Of a stretch of DNA of 64,000 nucleotides, positions 33,667-44,494 are shown in pieces. The stretch covers positions 448,001-512,000 of the forward strand of contig OY970194.1 of the NCBI GenBank assembly GCA_963708075.1. Direction: 5' to 3'. The notes beneath the pieces are model-generated. The model did not search any database and had not been told where the DNA came from. It saw only the letters and a list, made by a program, of their open reading frames with translations. Origin of the DNA: Sedimentisphaerales bacterium (GTDB lineage Bacteria; Planctomycetota; Phycisphaerae; Sedimentisphaerales; Anaerobacaceae). The translations under genes were made by a program, and so were the position numbers. How positions within the stretch are numbered: position 1 is the first letter of the stretch; each line of letters opens with the position of its first letter.

Positions 33667-33966
33667 ATGGCACGACCCTTCATCGATCAGGAGGATACGT
33701 TTTATCACGTGCTCAATCGCGGCAATGAGCGGCGGGCCATCTTTCGCGACGAGCACGACTATGAGAGCTTTCTTGACCGGCTGGGCCGGTGCTCGCAGCG
33801 GTTCGGGTTGCGTGTCTTTGCCTATGTGCTCATGGGCAACCACTACCATCTTCTGGTCAAGACGGGCGAAGCGAACCTCTCGGCGGCGATGCAGTGGCTG
33901 CAAGTGGCGTACGGCTCATGGCATAACCGCCGGCACCGGCGAAGCGGGCACCTGTTCCAGGGACGC
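33667..33966 (+). pseudogene. N-terminal fragment of a RAYT-like Y1 transposase
   Basis: MARP...YHVLNRGNERRAIF...MGNHYHLL...SGHLFQGR, after which homology to 30732-31742 stops. Confidence 0.85.
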
Positions 33967-34237
33967 CGCCCATCCCACGTGTCGGGGCAGCGCCATCGGC
34001 AAGCTCCGAGGACTCCGCTTGCCGCTGCCACCCATCGTAAGTCGTGGCTGCATAACAACTTACACCTGTCTTTCGCCTGTGCGCAAAAACGCAGCACTGT
34101 AAGTCTCTTGGCCACAAGGGCTTAGAGGTATTCTTCGCTATGTGACACGAATTCCTGTAACAATCCGGTCCAGCGAGCGTCTCCGTTATATGGTCTAACG
34201 ACCAGTTTCGCCGGGCGCCGGCGAGTCCGGAAAGGCG

Positions 34238-34416
34238 GGTGTGGTCGGCCTTTGGTGGCGGATTCCGGTCTCCGCGTAGGACGAGCGTCCCCGCTCGTCC
34301 ATTGCAGGGATCTGCAATCGACAGGATGTGGTGCGAGGCCATGCGACAAAAGGGGCGAGCGGGGACGCTCACCCTACGAAGAGCGGCACCAATCGCCACC
34401 GTATTCCGACCGCACC
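34238..34416. repeat. Nested palindromic element: outer inverted repeat enclosing a GTAG REP doublet (34276-34377)
   Basis: GGTGTGGTCGG..TGGTGGCG / CGCCACC..CCGACCGCACC outside; GTAGGACGAGCGTCCCCGCTCGTCC / GGGCGAGCGGGGACGCTCACCCTAC inside. Confidence 0.7.
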
Positions 34417-34604
34417 CGGAAAGGCCGTGAGCAGATCAAGAATCAAACATCATCAATCATCAATCGTAAATCATGAATCTCCGGGGGTCTTGCCATGAGC
34501 GGTAAAGCACGCATCGCCGCCGGCGGGCCTGGAAGTGCGGAGTGCGGAGTGCGGAGTGCGGAATGCGGAGTGCGGAGCGAAGGCGGCGAGCGGATGAATG
34601 AGTC

Positions 34605-35121
34605 TGCGAAACAAAGCCAGTCTGGGGCCGGGGGCCTGGGAATGCGGATTGCGGATTGCGGATTGAAGGGCCGGGAGCGGATGAGCGAATGTGCGAAACA
34701 AAGCCAATTGGGCGAATTGGGACGAGGCCAAAGCCTGTCCCCCGAAGCCGGGCAGTGGCGTCGCCACGTGGGGAGGGCCTGTGTGCGAAACAAAGCCAAT
34801 TTCCGTGGTCGGCCCTGCCGATGGGCGCATCGTGCGAAACAAAGCCAATCTAAGGCGTCTCAGGACGACCGTCGCCAATCCTTCGACAAGCTCAGGAAGG
34901 GCGCTTCGCTTGAGGCTGCCACCCGGGATGGGAGGGGGCGATTGTGTGAAACAAAGCCAATCTGCATGGAACAGGCTGAGGGCGGGAGGCCGGAGGGGAT
35001 TGCATGGGTGGTTTTGCGAAACAAAGCCAATGCGGGCCGGGGGCCGGGGAGTGCGGAGTGCGGAGTGCGGAATACGGATTGAAGGCGGCGAGCGGATGAA
35101 TGATTCTGCGAAACAAAGCCA
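34605..35121 (+). repeat. Array of 7 direct repeats TG(C/T)GAAACAAAGCCA with variable spacers
   Basis: Cores start at 34605, 34692, 34784, 34833, 34945, 35015 and 35107. Confidence 0.9.
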
Positions 35122-35300
35122 ATTTGTGGAAGACGGGCACGGGCGGGGCCGCTCGAACCTGGTGGGGGCGTTGTCGTAGGGATAATGTCAATTCGGATGC
35201 CGCCGGACTCGCAAAATTGCGAAATTTGGGCTTTACAAGTACCGGCAGGGGCCTTTATAGTACCCGGTTTGAAAGATATAGTCCCAGGGAGGTCCGAAGT

Positions 35301-35981
35301 ATGGCCATATGGAACAAAAACACGATCTACTACGGGGTAACTGCGCTGGTCCTGGCGTTCATGGTGGGCCTGGCTGTTCTCAACGGGTGCAAGAAAGAGC
35401 AACCGCCCGCGAAGACCGAGGTACCGGCGGCTGGTTCTACATCGCCGTCAACGACGGGCGAGGCCTCCAAGGACCCGATCCAGGCGGCAAAGAGCCTGTT
35501 CGGCGACTCGAAGGCGAGCCTGCAGAAGGCCATCGATGAGGCCAAGACGTGGGAGCCGACATTCGAGCAGTGGCAGGGCAAGATCGCTCCGGACTTCACC
35601 CTGACCGATCTCGATGGCAACGTTCAGAAACTGAGCAACTACCGCGGCAAGGACGTGCTCGTTGTAATGTGGGCCACCTGGTGCGGCCCGTGCAAGCTGG
35701 AAGCTCCCGAGCTGATCGAGCTTCGCAAGTCCGTCGGGCCGGACAAACTGGCTATTCTGGCGATCTCCCGGGAGGACCCGGCGTTGCTGAAGAGCTTCGC
35801 CGCCCAGAACCAGTTGAACTACACGGTGATGTCCAGCGCCGGCGCGACGCTGCCCGCTCCGTATAGCGAAGTTCAGGCCATCCCCAGCGGGTTCTTCATC
35901 GACGCGGAAGGCAAGATCAAGTTGTCGACGATGGGAATGCTGCCGCGGGTGGACATCAACAAGATCCTGGAGGTGAAATAG
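35301..35981 (+). CDS. TlpA-like thiol-disulfide oxidoreductase lipoprotein
   Basis: Lipobox LNGC; APDFTLTDLDG; WATWCGPC; cis-Pro motif AIPS. Confidence 0.9.
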   Translation: MAIWNKNTIYYGVTALVLAFMVGLAVLNGCKKEQPPAKTEVPAAGSTSPSTTGEASKDPIQAAKSLFGDSKASLQKAIDEAKTWEPTFEQWQGKIAPDFTLTDLDGNVQKLSNYRGKDVLVVMWATWCGPCKLEAPELIELRKSVGPDKLAILAISREDPALLKSFAAQNQLNYTVMSSAGATLPAPYSEVQAIPSGFFIDAEGKIKLSTMGMLPRVDINKILEVK

Positions 35982-36103
35982 GGCAGGAACCGCCTGGCGG
36001 CGTGGAGAAAATTTCAGGTTGCTCTGGACAAGCTCCCCCTGGGCCGCTATAATTCATGGTTTCGAAGGTTACAGACTGATTACAGATAGAAGGCAGGCAA
36101 GTC

Positions 36104-36337
36104 ATGGCACATAAAAAGGGACAAGGAGCATCGAGGAACGGGCGGGACAGCAACCCCCATTACCGAGGCGTAAAGCTGTATGGCGGCGAGGCGGTCAAGG
36201 CCGGCAACGTGCTCGTCAGGCAGTGCGGCACGAAGTTCTTCGCCGGCTCCAACGTCGGCATGGGCAGGGATTTCACCCTGTTCGCCACGAGTGATGGAAC
36301 CGTCCGGTTCCAGGGCCGGCGGGTACACGTCCTCTGA
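36104..36337 (+). CDS. rpmA: 50S ribosomal protein L27
   Basis: [16 protein letters not shown]...[12 protein letters not shown]. Confidence 0.98.
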   Translation: MAHKKGQGASRNGRDSNPHYRGVKLYGGEAVKAGNVLVRQCGTKFFAGSNVGMGRDFTLFATSDGTVRFQGRRVHVL

Positions 36338-36411
36338 CGAGCAGCACCCCCCGCATATTTTGGATTGTGAAGGGATGGTCTTAGGCCATCCCTTTTTCGT
36401 ATATACAGTGA

Positions 36412-37886
<1,475 letters not shown>

Positions 37887-38047
37887 AGTGACCGCACGGA
37901 CCCGATTGTCTACTGCAAAATCGAGGTATTTTCCAGGCGGCTGGGCGGGTAATTGACAGAGACCGGAAGATGCGATAGAAATACCGGCGGCGGCAGGGCG
38001 CGGCGACGGCGTGAAATGAAACAGGAATAGGAAAATCCAGGCTGATT

Positions 38048-38842
38048 ATGAACATCATCGCTATAGACATTGGAAATACGAATATTGGCGTCGGGCTCTT
38101 TCTGGATGGCAAGGATGAGTCTGTTCAGGTGATTCCGGGCGGGGCGGACGGCGAGCTCAGAGAATGCCTGGTGCATGCATGGAAGGAGATTCCGGTCCTT
38201 GAAACCTCCACGGAGGGCAAGCGTAACGGCGCCATCGTCGTCAGCAGCGTCAAGCCTGCATGGACCAATGAAGTCCGGCAGATTGTGGGGGAGGACCTGA
38301 ACGAGAAGATTCACGTGATCGGCGAAGATATCCCTCTGCCGATGCTGGTCTGGCTCGATGAGCCCGGAAAGGTGGGCACAGACCGGGTGGTCGCCGCCTC
38401 GGCGGCATACGCCGTAGTGGAGGACGCGGTCGTCGTGGCGGACCTCGGCACGGCGGTCACAATCGATCTGGTCGATGAGCACGGCGTCTTCCAGGGCGGC
38501 GTGATTGTTCCCGGTTTTGATATCAGCGCCCAGGCTTTGAAGGACCATACCGCCCAGCTTCCCAAGGTCATGGTCCACCGGCCCGAGGGGCCCTACGGCA
38601 AGAACACCGCCGATGCGATCAATTGCGGCCTGTACTACTCGATTATCGGCGCGATGGAGGAGATCATTCGGCGCTATGCCGAGCAGATCGGCCGATGGCC
38701 CCAGACGGTCATCACCGGCTCCGGCGCCGAGACCATCAAGGACGACTGCCCCTTCATCGACAACTACGTCCCGCACCTTGTCATCAAAGGCATCGTCCTG
38801 GCCTACATGAAGTACGTCGAGGAAAAGAGCGAGATGGTCTGA
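38048..38842 (+). CDS. coaX: Type III pantothenate kinase
   Basis: AIDIGNTN, VGTDR, DLGTAVTID, GGVIVPG. Confidence 0.93.
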   Translation: MNIIAIDIGNTNIGVGLFLDGKDESVQVIPGGADGELRECLVHAWKEIPVLETSTEGKRNGAIVVSSVKPAWTNEVRQIVGEDLNEKIHVIGEDIPLPMLVWLDEPGKVGTDRVVAASAAYAVVEDAVVVADLGTAVTIDLVDEHGVFQGGVIVPGFDISAQALKDHTAQLPKVMVHRPEGPYGKNTADAINCGLYYSIIGAMEEIIRRYAEQIGRWPQTVITGSGAETIKDDCPFIDNYVPHLVIKGIVLAYMKYVEEKSEMV

Positions 38843-38846
38843 AGCC

Positions 38847-40019
38847 ATGTCCGCTTTTGCAGCAGTGATGACCGGTCGGAGTTCGGGGGCGATTGCCACG
38901 GTTCAACTCGTCGGCGACTCGGCGGGGACGGTTTTGGCGAAGGTCTTTCACAGAGCTGGCGACAAGCTACTTGAATCGGCGCCCGCCCGAATCTTGGTTG
39001 GGCATATCTTGGATGGCGACGAGGCTGTCGATCAGGTGACTGTCGGCTGCGAATCGCCGGACGTTTTCGCGATCCACTGTCACGGCAATCCGTTGATCGT
39101 CGAAAGAATCATGGGATTGCTGCAGCGACATGGCGTCGAGCTTCTCACGGCCGGGGAAATGCTCGCGAGGATGCTCGCCGCTCAATTATCCCCAAGCACA
39201 ATCACCGCCGAGGCGAAGCTGGCGTTTACCACTGTAAAGACCATTGCAGGGGCGGAGATTCTCACTCACCAGATCGAATCCGGCCTGTCCGCCAAGGTCA
39301 GGCAGTGGCGGCAGGAGCTTGGCACAACGCCTCTTGCGCAAATTGCGGCTGAAGCGGGGCAAATCCTGAGATGCAGTGAGCCGGCTCGCCTGCTCATCTC
39401 CGGCTGCACGATTGCTCTGATTGGCCCGCCGAATACGGGCAAGAGCACTCTACTGAACACCCTGGCCGGCCGCGAGAAGGCGATTGTCACCGACATCCCC
39501 GGCACGACGAGGGACTGGGTTTCCGCCCAGATTCACATCCCGCCCCTGACGGCCACAATCATCGATACGGCGGGCATCGACCCGACGCTGTCCGATGGCA
39601 TCGACACGGCCGCACAGAACAAGAGCATGCAGGTCCTTGAGCAGGCTGATGTCGTCCTGCTGGTTCTGGACATCACCCAGCCCGCCGGTCAACTTGGCCG
39701 GAGCTTCAGCGAGGAGCTGAAAGGCAAGAGGGTCCTCACTGTCTTCAACAAGTCGGATTTGTCCGGGACACTGAACCCGGGGTCCCATCCCGCCAGTCTC
39801 GGCAACAGCGTTCACATCAGTGCCAGGCAGGGCACCGGCATCGATGATCTGGTGTGGGCTATTCATCGGGTGTGTGGACTGCCCGAGCTCGACTGCCTGG
39901 CTCCCGTCGCATTCACCGACAGGCAGTGCAAAGGGCTTGAGCGACTCCAAAGAGCCGCATCCACCTCCGAGGCTGCGGGGATTATAGAGGAGTTGATCTA
40001 CGGTCCACTGGTGGTATAA
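38847..40019 (+). CDS. mnmE: MnmE/TrmE-like GTPase, short form
   Basis: GAIATV, IHCHGN, GPPNTGKST, IPGTTRD, DTAG, NKSD; lacks the C-terminal CxGK. Confidence 0.7.
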   Translation: MSAFAAVMTGRSSGAIATVQLVGDSAGTVLAKVFHRAGDKLLESAPARILVGHILDGDEAVDQVTVGCESPDVFAIHCHGNPLIVERIMGLLQRHGVELLTAGEMLARMLAAQLSPSTITAEAKLAFTTVKTIAGAEILTHQIESGLSAKVRQWRQELGTTPLAQIAAEAGQILRCSEPARLLISGCTIALIGPPNTGKSTLLNTLAGREKAIVTDIPGTTRDWVSAQIHIPPLTATIIDTAGIDPTLSDGIDTAAQNKSMQVLEQADVVLLVLDITQPAGQLGRSFSEELKGKRVLTVFNKSDLSGTLNPGSHPASLGNSVHISARQGTGIDDLVWAIHRVCGLPELDCLAPVAFTDRQCKGLERLQRAASTSEAAGIIEELIYGPLVV

Positions 40020-40072
40020 TCCGGCATAGACCGAGCCCGGCGGATTACAGGGACCTTGCGAGGATAATTGCT

Positions 40073-40249
40073 TTGCGCATCAGCGGAAAAACAAAGATCA
40101 TCGTTTTCAGTGCGGCGGGTGCCGTCACTCTGCTGTTGGCGTGCCTTACGCTGTTTCCCGAACGCCGTCCCACGTATGAGGCAGTCCTGACGCCGGATCG
40201 AACCCCCGGCGCCGCGAGCGCCGACGCGCCGGTTGAGGGCGGCTCATAA
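40073..40249 (+). CDS. Possible 58-aa single-TM small protein
   Basis: TTG start after GAGGA; MRISGKTKIIVFSAAGAVTLLLACLTLFPERR...; below the ORF-track cutoff. Confidence 0.35.
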   Translation: MRISGKTKIIVFSAAGAVTLLLACLTLFPERRPTYEAVLTPDRTPGAASADAPVEGGS

Positions 40250-40291
40250 CGGGTGTTGTGAGGAAGATTCATTTTTGTATAATCGCGTTCT

Positions 40292-42928
40292 ATGACACGA
40301 CCCACTGACAATTTAAGTCCGGCGATGAAGCAGTTTCAGCATTTCAAGGGCAAGCACCCGGACTGCATTCTGTTCTTCCGGATGGGGGATTTCTACGAGA
40401 CGTTCTACGAGGACGCCAAGACGTGCTCGAAGGTGCTCGGACTGACGCTGACGAGCCGGGATAAGGGCAGCGCCAACCCCGTTCCGCTGGCCGGCGTGCC
40501 GTACCACGCGATCGACGGGTATCTCAAGAAGATGCTCCAGGCTGGCTATCGCGTCGCGGTCTGCGAGCAGGTGGAAGACCCGAAGACCGCCAAGGGGGTG
40601 GTCAAACGCGATGTCGTTCGCATCGTAACGCCCGGCACGCTCACCGATGACATGCTTCTTGAAAACAAGAAGGACAACTTCCTGTGCGCGATCGATCTCG
40701 ACGTGAAGGGCTACGCGGCGATGAGCTGGGTCGATATCTCGACGGGGCATTTCTTCGTCCAACGGGTAGCGGAGAAGGAGCTGCTCAGCGAGTTGCAGCG
40801 TCTGGCCCCGGCCGAATGCCTGCTGGCCGACCGGCGGGGCGAATTGTTCGAGCTGGAGACCCGGAAACTCGCCAAAGACATCGGCCAACTGACCCGCGCG
40901 ATCATCACGGAGCGGCCGAGCTGGTACTTTGATCCCTATCAGGCCAGGCAGCGGCTGCTCAAGCACTTCGCCGCCGCCACCCTGGAAGGGTTCGGCATTA
41001 TTGACGGCGATCAGGACCTGATCCCGCCGGCGGGCGCCATCGTCGAGTATCTCAACGAAACGCAGCGGACGACGCTTGGACACATCCAGAGTCTGCGCAA
41101 GATCAGCCGGGGCAACTTCCTGCAGATCGATCCGGCCTCGCTTCGCAGTCTGGAGATCCTGCAGACGATCCGCACCGAAGATCGCAAGGGCTCATTGCTG
41201 GCCTGCCTCGACGATACGCTGACCGGCATGGGCGGGCGGATGTTTCGCAACTGGCTGTGCATGCCGTTGTGCGAGGTCGCCGCCATCGAAGCACGGCAGG
41301 ATGCGGTCCAGGAGTTGAAAGAGGACGCACAGAGATTGTCGCAGATCCGCGAGCTGCTGGCCAACGTCGCGGACACCGAGCGCATCGCCGCCCGGATCAG
41401 CACGTTCCGCGCCAGCCCGCGAGACTTGCTGGCCCTGGCCCGCACGCTGCGCCAGGTGCCTCAACTTCGCAATTTGCTCACCGGATTGCAGGCGGATCTG
41501 AACTCACGTTTGGCTGAGCAGTGTGACAGCATGGACGAGCTGGCTGGCCTGCTCGAATCGGCCATCGAGCCGAATTGCCCGCCGCACCTTCGCGACGGCG
41601 GGGTCATACGAAACGGCTTCTCCCAGGAACTCGACCGGCTTCGCTCGATCTCCACCGACGGCCAAAGCTGGCTGCGCAACTACCAGAAGGAGCAGGCCCA
41701 GCGCACCGGCATTGCGAATCTGAAAGTCGGCTTCAACAACGTCTTCGGCTATTACATCGAGATCTCGAATGCCTCAGCGGACAAGGCCCCGGCCGACTAC
41801 GTCCGCAAGCAGACTGTCAAGAACGCCGAACGATACATCACCGAGCAGCTCAAACACTATGAGAACGAGGTGCTGACGGCTGAGGACAAGGCCCTGGAAT
41901 TGGAGCAGCGGCTCTTCGAGGACCTGCGCCGGGAGTCGGCGAAGTACATCCCGCGTTTGCAGCAGCTTGCCGACACGATGGCCCAATGCGACTGCCTGTC
42001 GTCGCTCGCGCATTTAGCCGCACGGCGCAACTATTGCCGGCCGAAAGTCACCGCCGAGCCTCGGCTGGTGATCCGCGAGGGCAAGCATCCCGTGCTCGCG
42101 GAAATGCTCGGCGCGGAATTCGTGCCCAACGACGTGGAGCTGGGCAGCGGGGCGGGGGACATTGCCGTGATTACGGGCCCGAACATGAGCGGCAAGAGCA
42201 CCTACATCCGCCAGATTGCCCTGCTGACGCTCATGGCGCAGACGGGTTCATTTATCCCCGCCAAGGAAGCCGAGATCGGGCTGGTGGACCGAATCTTCAC
42301 TCGCGTCGGGGCATCGGACGAGTTAGCGCGAGGCCAGTCCACGTTCATGGTGGAAATGACCGAGACGGCCAACATCATCAACAACGCGACCGCCCGCTCG
42401 CTCGTGATTCTCGATGAGGTCGGCCGGGGCACGAGCACCTATGATGGCCTGGCCCTCGCCTGGGCGATCACCGAGCACATCGCCACCCGGCTCAAGTGCC
42501 GCACCCTGTTCGCCACGCATTACCACGAGCTGACCGAGCTGGCCGAGCTGTTCGACAACATCCGCAACTGCAACGTGGCGGTCCGAGAGTGGATGGACGA
42601 GGTCGTCTTTCTGCACCGCATACTTCCCGGCGGCACGGACAAAAGCTACGGCATCCACGTTGCCAAGTTGGCCGGCATCCCCAAGTCGATCCTCGCCCGC
42701 TCCAACGAGATCCTCGAAGAGCTCGAATCCGCCTTCGCCAAGGAGGCCGCCGGCGACCGCCTCGCCCGCCACAAGACCAAAGAGCCCGACGCCGAAGCCC
42801 TCTTCATCCAAAAGCACAAGTCGGTCTTAGACAAGCTCGCCACCATCGACGTCAACCACCTCACCCCCATAGAAGCCATCAACCTCCTGAGCCAGATCAA
42901 GGAGGAGATGCGCACCGAAGAACCGTAG
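40292..42928 (+). CDS. mutS: DNA mismatch repair protein MutS
   Basis: FRMGDFYE, TGPNMSGKST, STFMVEM, DEVGRGTS, FATHYHEL, SYGIHVA. Confidence 0.98.
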   Translation: MTRPTDNLSPAMKQFQHFKGKHPDCILFFRMGDFYETFYEDAKTCSKVLGLTLTSRDKGSANPVPLAGVPYHAIDGYLKKMLQAGYRVAVCEQVEDPKTAKGVVKRDVVRIVTPGTLTDDMLLENKKDNFLCAIDLDVKGYAAMSWVDISTGHFFVQRVAEKELLSELQRLAPAECLLADRRGELFELETRKLAKDIGQLTRAIITERPSWYFDPYQARQRLLKHFAAATLEGFGIIDGDQDLIPPAGAIVEYLNETQRTTLGHIQSLRKISRGNFLQIDPASLRSLEILQTIRTEDRKGSLLACLDDTLTGMGGRMFRNWLCMPLCEVAAIEARQDAVQELKEDAQRLSQIRELLANVADTERIAARISTFRASPRDLLALARTLRQVPQLRNLLTGLQADLNSRLAEQCDSMDELAGLLESAIEPNCPPHLRDGGVIRNGFSQELDRLRSISTDGQSWLRNYQKEQAQRTGIANLKVGFNNVFGYYIEISNASADKAPADYVRKQTVKNAERYITEQLKHYENEVLTAEDKALELEQRLFEDLRRESAKYIPRLQQLADTMAQCDCLSSLAHLAARRNYCRPKVTAEPRLVIREGKHPVLAEMLGAEFVPNDVELGSGAGDIAVITGPNMSGKSTYIRQIALLTLMAQTGSFIPAKEAEIGLVDRIFTRVGASDELARGQSTFMVEMTETANIINNATARSLVILDEVGRGTSTYDGLALAWAITEHIATRLKCRTLFATHYHELTELAELFDNIRNCNVAVREWMDEVVFLHRILPGGTDKSYGIHVAKLAGIPKSILARSNEILEELESAFAKEAAGDRLARHKTKEPDAEALFIQKHKSVLDKLATIDVNHLTPIEAINLLSQIKEEMRTEEP

Positions 42929-42946
42929 TGCCTCAAAGCAGACGAG

Positions 42947-42997
42947 CGTGGGTGTCAACCGGCGTTCCGATGTCATTCCAGCAAAGGCGGGAATCCA
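42947..42997. repeat. Degenerate REP plus ATTCC-N-GGGAAT hairpin repeat
   Basis: tgtcattccagcaaaggcgggaatcca resembles copies at 62417, 62637 and 62783. Confidence 0.6.
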
Positions 42998-43057
42998 CGT
43001 GAGTGTGGGGTGTGCATAATGTGTCATCTCTTCTCGCCATGCTGTGCTCAGAGACTG

Positions 43058-44419
43058 TTATATCTGCAGTCGCGGGACTCCCGCTTGAGCAGCTGCAGAG
43101 TCCTGCGGTCCAACGGTCAGTGAAGGATCATACTCGACTTTCAACACTTCTGTCACGATCATCGGGATGAATTCTTCACGTGGTCCTTGGATCGTCTCCC
43201 CAAGGTGAGCTTTCCAATACACTCGGACTTTCACATCTATATCAATGTGATACGGCATTCTCGCTAATGCAGTACGGATCTGGGTGGCTTGCGCTGATGG
43301 TAATGCTTTGTAGATCGCATCCAGAACATCTTCCCCGAAATCAAACGTGATCATGCACTCAAGACCGCCAACGTCACACGTGGAGTTTGCAGCATAGTAG
43401 GACTCCGCCGACTTGATGATGTCTTGAAGCAGACATCCCTCGAAGGCTATCTCTTCCTCGCAAGTGATGCCCATCTTCTTCACTTGGAGGCCGAAGTCAG
43501 CGTGGAATTGCCGTAGTTCAGGCATTTTCAGATAACGTGGAAGTAGGTATTTTTCAACCTCTTCCCACCTTGCGCGGATGTCCTTGCAGTCAATGACGAA
43601 CAGTGGGTCCGACTTGCTGATGTGATAGAAGGCCAGTTGACGGCCGTTGCACAACGCATAATGCGCGCACCGCACATCGGGATGGATGGCATAGGAGTAT
43701 GTTTGCTCAACATGCGTGGACTGCACAATCGGCTCGTCCGGTGCCTTTGCCTCAAGCACCAATAGCGGCTCGGAGTCGTCGTACAGGGTGTAGTCAGGGA
43801 CAATGTTGATCTTGTGCTTTTTGCTTCCAATCATCACAAAGGGGTGGGCCAGTGGCTTGCTTCGCTCCATGCGAACCGAACCGGTCGCGCGGTATCCCGC
43901 CTTACGCAAGATTGGCGCAATAATGTCCTCGCGCACGGCATCCTCCTTGAAGGTGGGCTCGTCCAGCGCGGCAACATCGAAATCAAGCTCGTCGCGCAAC
44001 ATTGGTCCGAGAGTTGCGTCGGCTCGCTCGTTCGACTCCGACACCGCTTGCTGCAACTCGTCGAGGACCTCGCGTGTAAAGGAGTTGACCGCTTTCAACC
44101 GACCTGCACTACACAACCACACCTCGCACGCGCCCCATCCGTGTTTGGCAAGCTCGGGTGTCTCTGGGTTGACGAGCATTGAGAAGTCGAGGTAGGAGAT
44201 AAACCCCAAGTCAACGAGACGCTTGCAGTACTCTCTCACCTCCGGGATGTCGTAAAGCTCCCGCGGATCGTCCGAGAAGCCACGAATTGTACAAACGACA
44301 TGATCGTAGCGGTGCTCCTCACGGCTGTGTTTCATGATTTGCATCTGATCATGTATGTCGTCATCTGTGGCATCAAGGCCGAGATCGACGGTCAGGACAC
44401 GTTCAGTCATCCACGCCAT
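43058..44419 (-). CDS. CRR6-like domain fused to a type I restriction HsdR N-terminal (PD-(D/E)xK) nuclease domain
   Basis: DDPRELYDIPEVR; EDAVREDIIAPILRKAGY, VPDY, LVLEAKAP, QTYSYA, LCNG; AT-richer codon usage. Confidence 0.7.
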   Translation of the reverse strand: MAWMTERVLTVDLGLDATDDDIHDQMQIMKHSREEHRYDHVVCTIRGFSDDPRELYDIPEVREYCKRLVDLGFISYLDFSMLVNPETPELAKHGWGACEVWLCSAGRLKAVNSFTREVLDELQQAVSESNERADATLGPMLRDELDFDVAALDEPTFKEDAVREDIIAPILRKAGYRATGSVRMERSKPLAHPFVMIGSKKHKINIVPDYTLYDDSEPLLVLEAKAPDEPIVQSTHVEQTYSYAIHPDVRCAHYALCNGRQLAFYHISKSDPLFVIDCKDIRARWEEVEKYLLPRYLKMPELRQFHADFGLQVKKMGITCEEEIAFEGCLLQDIIKSAESYYAANSTCDVGGLECMITFDFGEDVLDAIYKALPSAQATQIRTALARMPYHIDIDVKVRVYWKAHLGETIQGPREEFIPMIVTEVLKVEYDPSLTVGPQDSAAAQAGVPRLQI

Positions 44420-44494
44420 CCTATGGAATTCCGGGGGCGCCTCATCTATTTGCGCTAGGGATCAAGTATGATGGCGGAGGTATCACGAGTCTGA

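Noticed and set aside
29423..34125. Classical integron
   Set aside because: No IntI tyrosine recombinase and no attC-like RYYYAAC..GTTRRRY sites recognised
34605..35121. CRISPR array
   Set aside because: Repeat is only about 15 bp, periods vary from 49 to 112 bp, spacers are related to each other, and no cas genes are in the window
34443..35402. ORFs with CETKPI, RNKAN or LALFR repeats
   Set aside because: They are translations of the DNA repeat in several frames with non-multiple-of-three periods; no consistent coding frame
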